DNA of 64,000 bases, from the NCBI GenBank assembly GCA_013265495.1, contig MU063487.1, positions 1,426,001 through 1,490,000 on the forward strand. The letters run 5' to 3'. Below, one piece after another: positions 62,956 to 64,000 of this stretch. Source of the DNA: Vicugna vicugna (taxonomy: Eukaryota). Each line of letters opens with the position of its first letter. The first letter of the stretch is position 1. Below the pieces are notes generated by a model. It saw nothing but the letters and a program-made list of their open reading frames with translations. It had not been told where the DNA came from and did not search any database. Both the position numbers and the translations under genes were made by a program.

Positions 62956-64000
62956 CTACAAATGGGGAAGGGAAGGGCAGAGAACACGGTATTTAGTCAC
63001 AGCTAAACCTAACGGCTAAAGGGCCAGCTTCCACCGCGGAGGCTTCGTAACTCAAGTCTGGACCAACGGCTTGCTTCCCACTGCGCCTGCCGCCCAGGCT
63101 GCCCCCAGACGCGCCAGGACACTGCTACGCTTCAGGGGATGTATCTGGCAGAGAACAGATTTCAATGAATAACGTACACGCCATCAGTGGAAAAGGTGCC
63201 TGAAGCGTCTGACACTGGAGAAGGCGCCCTGAACGCTGGTGACCGAATTGGAAGCATAAGAAAGAGTCCGTCAAGGTCTACAGGGCTTGAGAATCTCTCC
63301 AGCCTCTGCTGTCACAGGAAGAGGACGCAGGACCACAGAAGGGAAGTGAATGATCTAAAATCACACAGAACTGGCAACTCTCACCAGAAAAACGGTACCA
63401 ACTGAAAGGTAAGTGCTCCCGGGCTCGCCCCCAGGGAAGGCTCAGAGAACCTTTCTGCTGGAGCAGAAACCAGTGACAGGAGGGGCACTGCCCAAGGTGC
63501 TGGGCAGCCTTCCCTGGGAGGACAGCGGCTCCGGCTGGCTCTGAAGGCCGTGATGGAGGAAGCCTGGGGCTGTGGAGACCCAGCGGGACACCTGTAGGCC
63601 AGAGGGGCACAGCCAGAGTCAGGGGCAGCCAACCCCCCCGCTGCTGGGCCACCGAGCACAGAGCCCGCTGGAGACGCTGTCCAGCAGGAACTGCCTTCTC
63701 TGACGCCAGTTTCCTTTTAAGAGAGGGATGCTCGGGTCTGAGCAGTTAGCTTTCAGCTGATGGAAGAGAGGAAACAGCACTGCCTCGTTTGCTCTGAGCT
63801 CCTCATACTGACAGCTGCCGCTCAGTGTGCAGCCACGACGTGCGGTGCCCTGGTTCTACACCCCATGCCCGTCGGGTCCCTGAGTCCTCAGAGCAGCCCC
63901 GCGCAGGCAGTCATGCTCGCGGTCTATAGGTGAGGGAAGGCCAGTGGCAGAGCTGAGAGGTGAGTCCGAGCCACTGGACTCTGAGCCGTGACCTTAAAAG

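Overview
Mammalian, very GC-rich genomic DNA with two N-gaps, in the gene order TRAF3-AMN-CDC42BPB (human 14q32.3 synteny). Two tRNA-Ala-derived SINEs of the Vic-1 type point to a camelid (inference). Contents: (1) the probable distal 3' UTR and polyA site of TRAF3 (+, 1-~1715); (2) the complete 12-exon amnionless gene AMN (+, CDS 7988-15935, 1377 nt, 458 aa, all introns GT-AG, frame intact); (3) exons 5-37 of CDC42BPB/MRCK-beta (-, 62955 down to stop at 19433, 4692 coding nt, frame intact across a 156-N gap), convergent with AMN; (4) old L1/L2/MIR/DNA-transposon fragments and a 1.2-kb (CCAT)n-type repeat upstream of AMN. Nearly all ORFs in the supplied track are GC-rich noise or exon read-throughs. 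I see no new protein-coding gene or self-contained novel system. The best leads are RNA-processing hypotheses: a candidate microexon/poison exon in CDC42BPB intron 27, an apparently decayed cassette exon in intron 21, a perfect 18-bp GC duplex bracketing in-frame AMN exon 6, a cryptic in-frame donor in exon 16, and a possible AMN/CDC42BPB 3' antisense overlap. Comparisons with human proteins are from memory and need an alignment to confirm; repeat boundaries are approximate.
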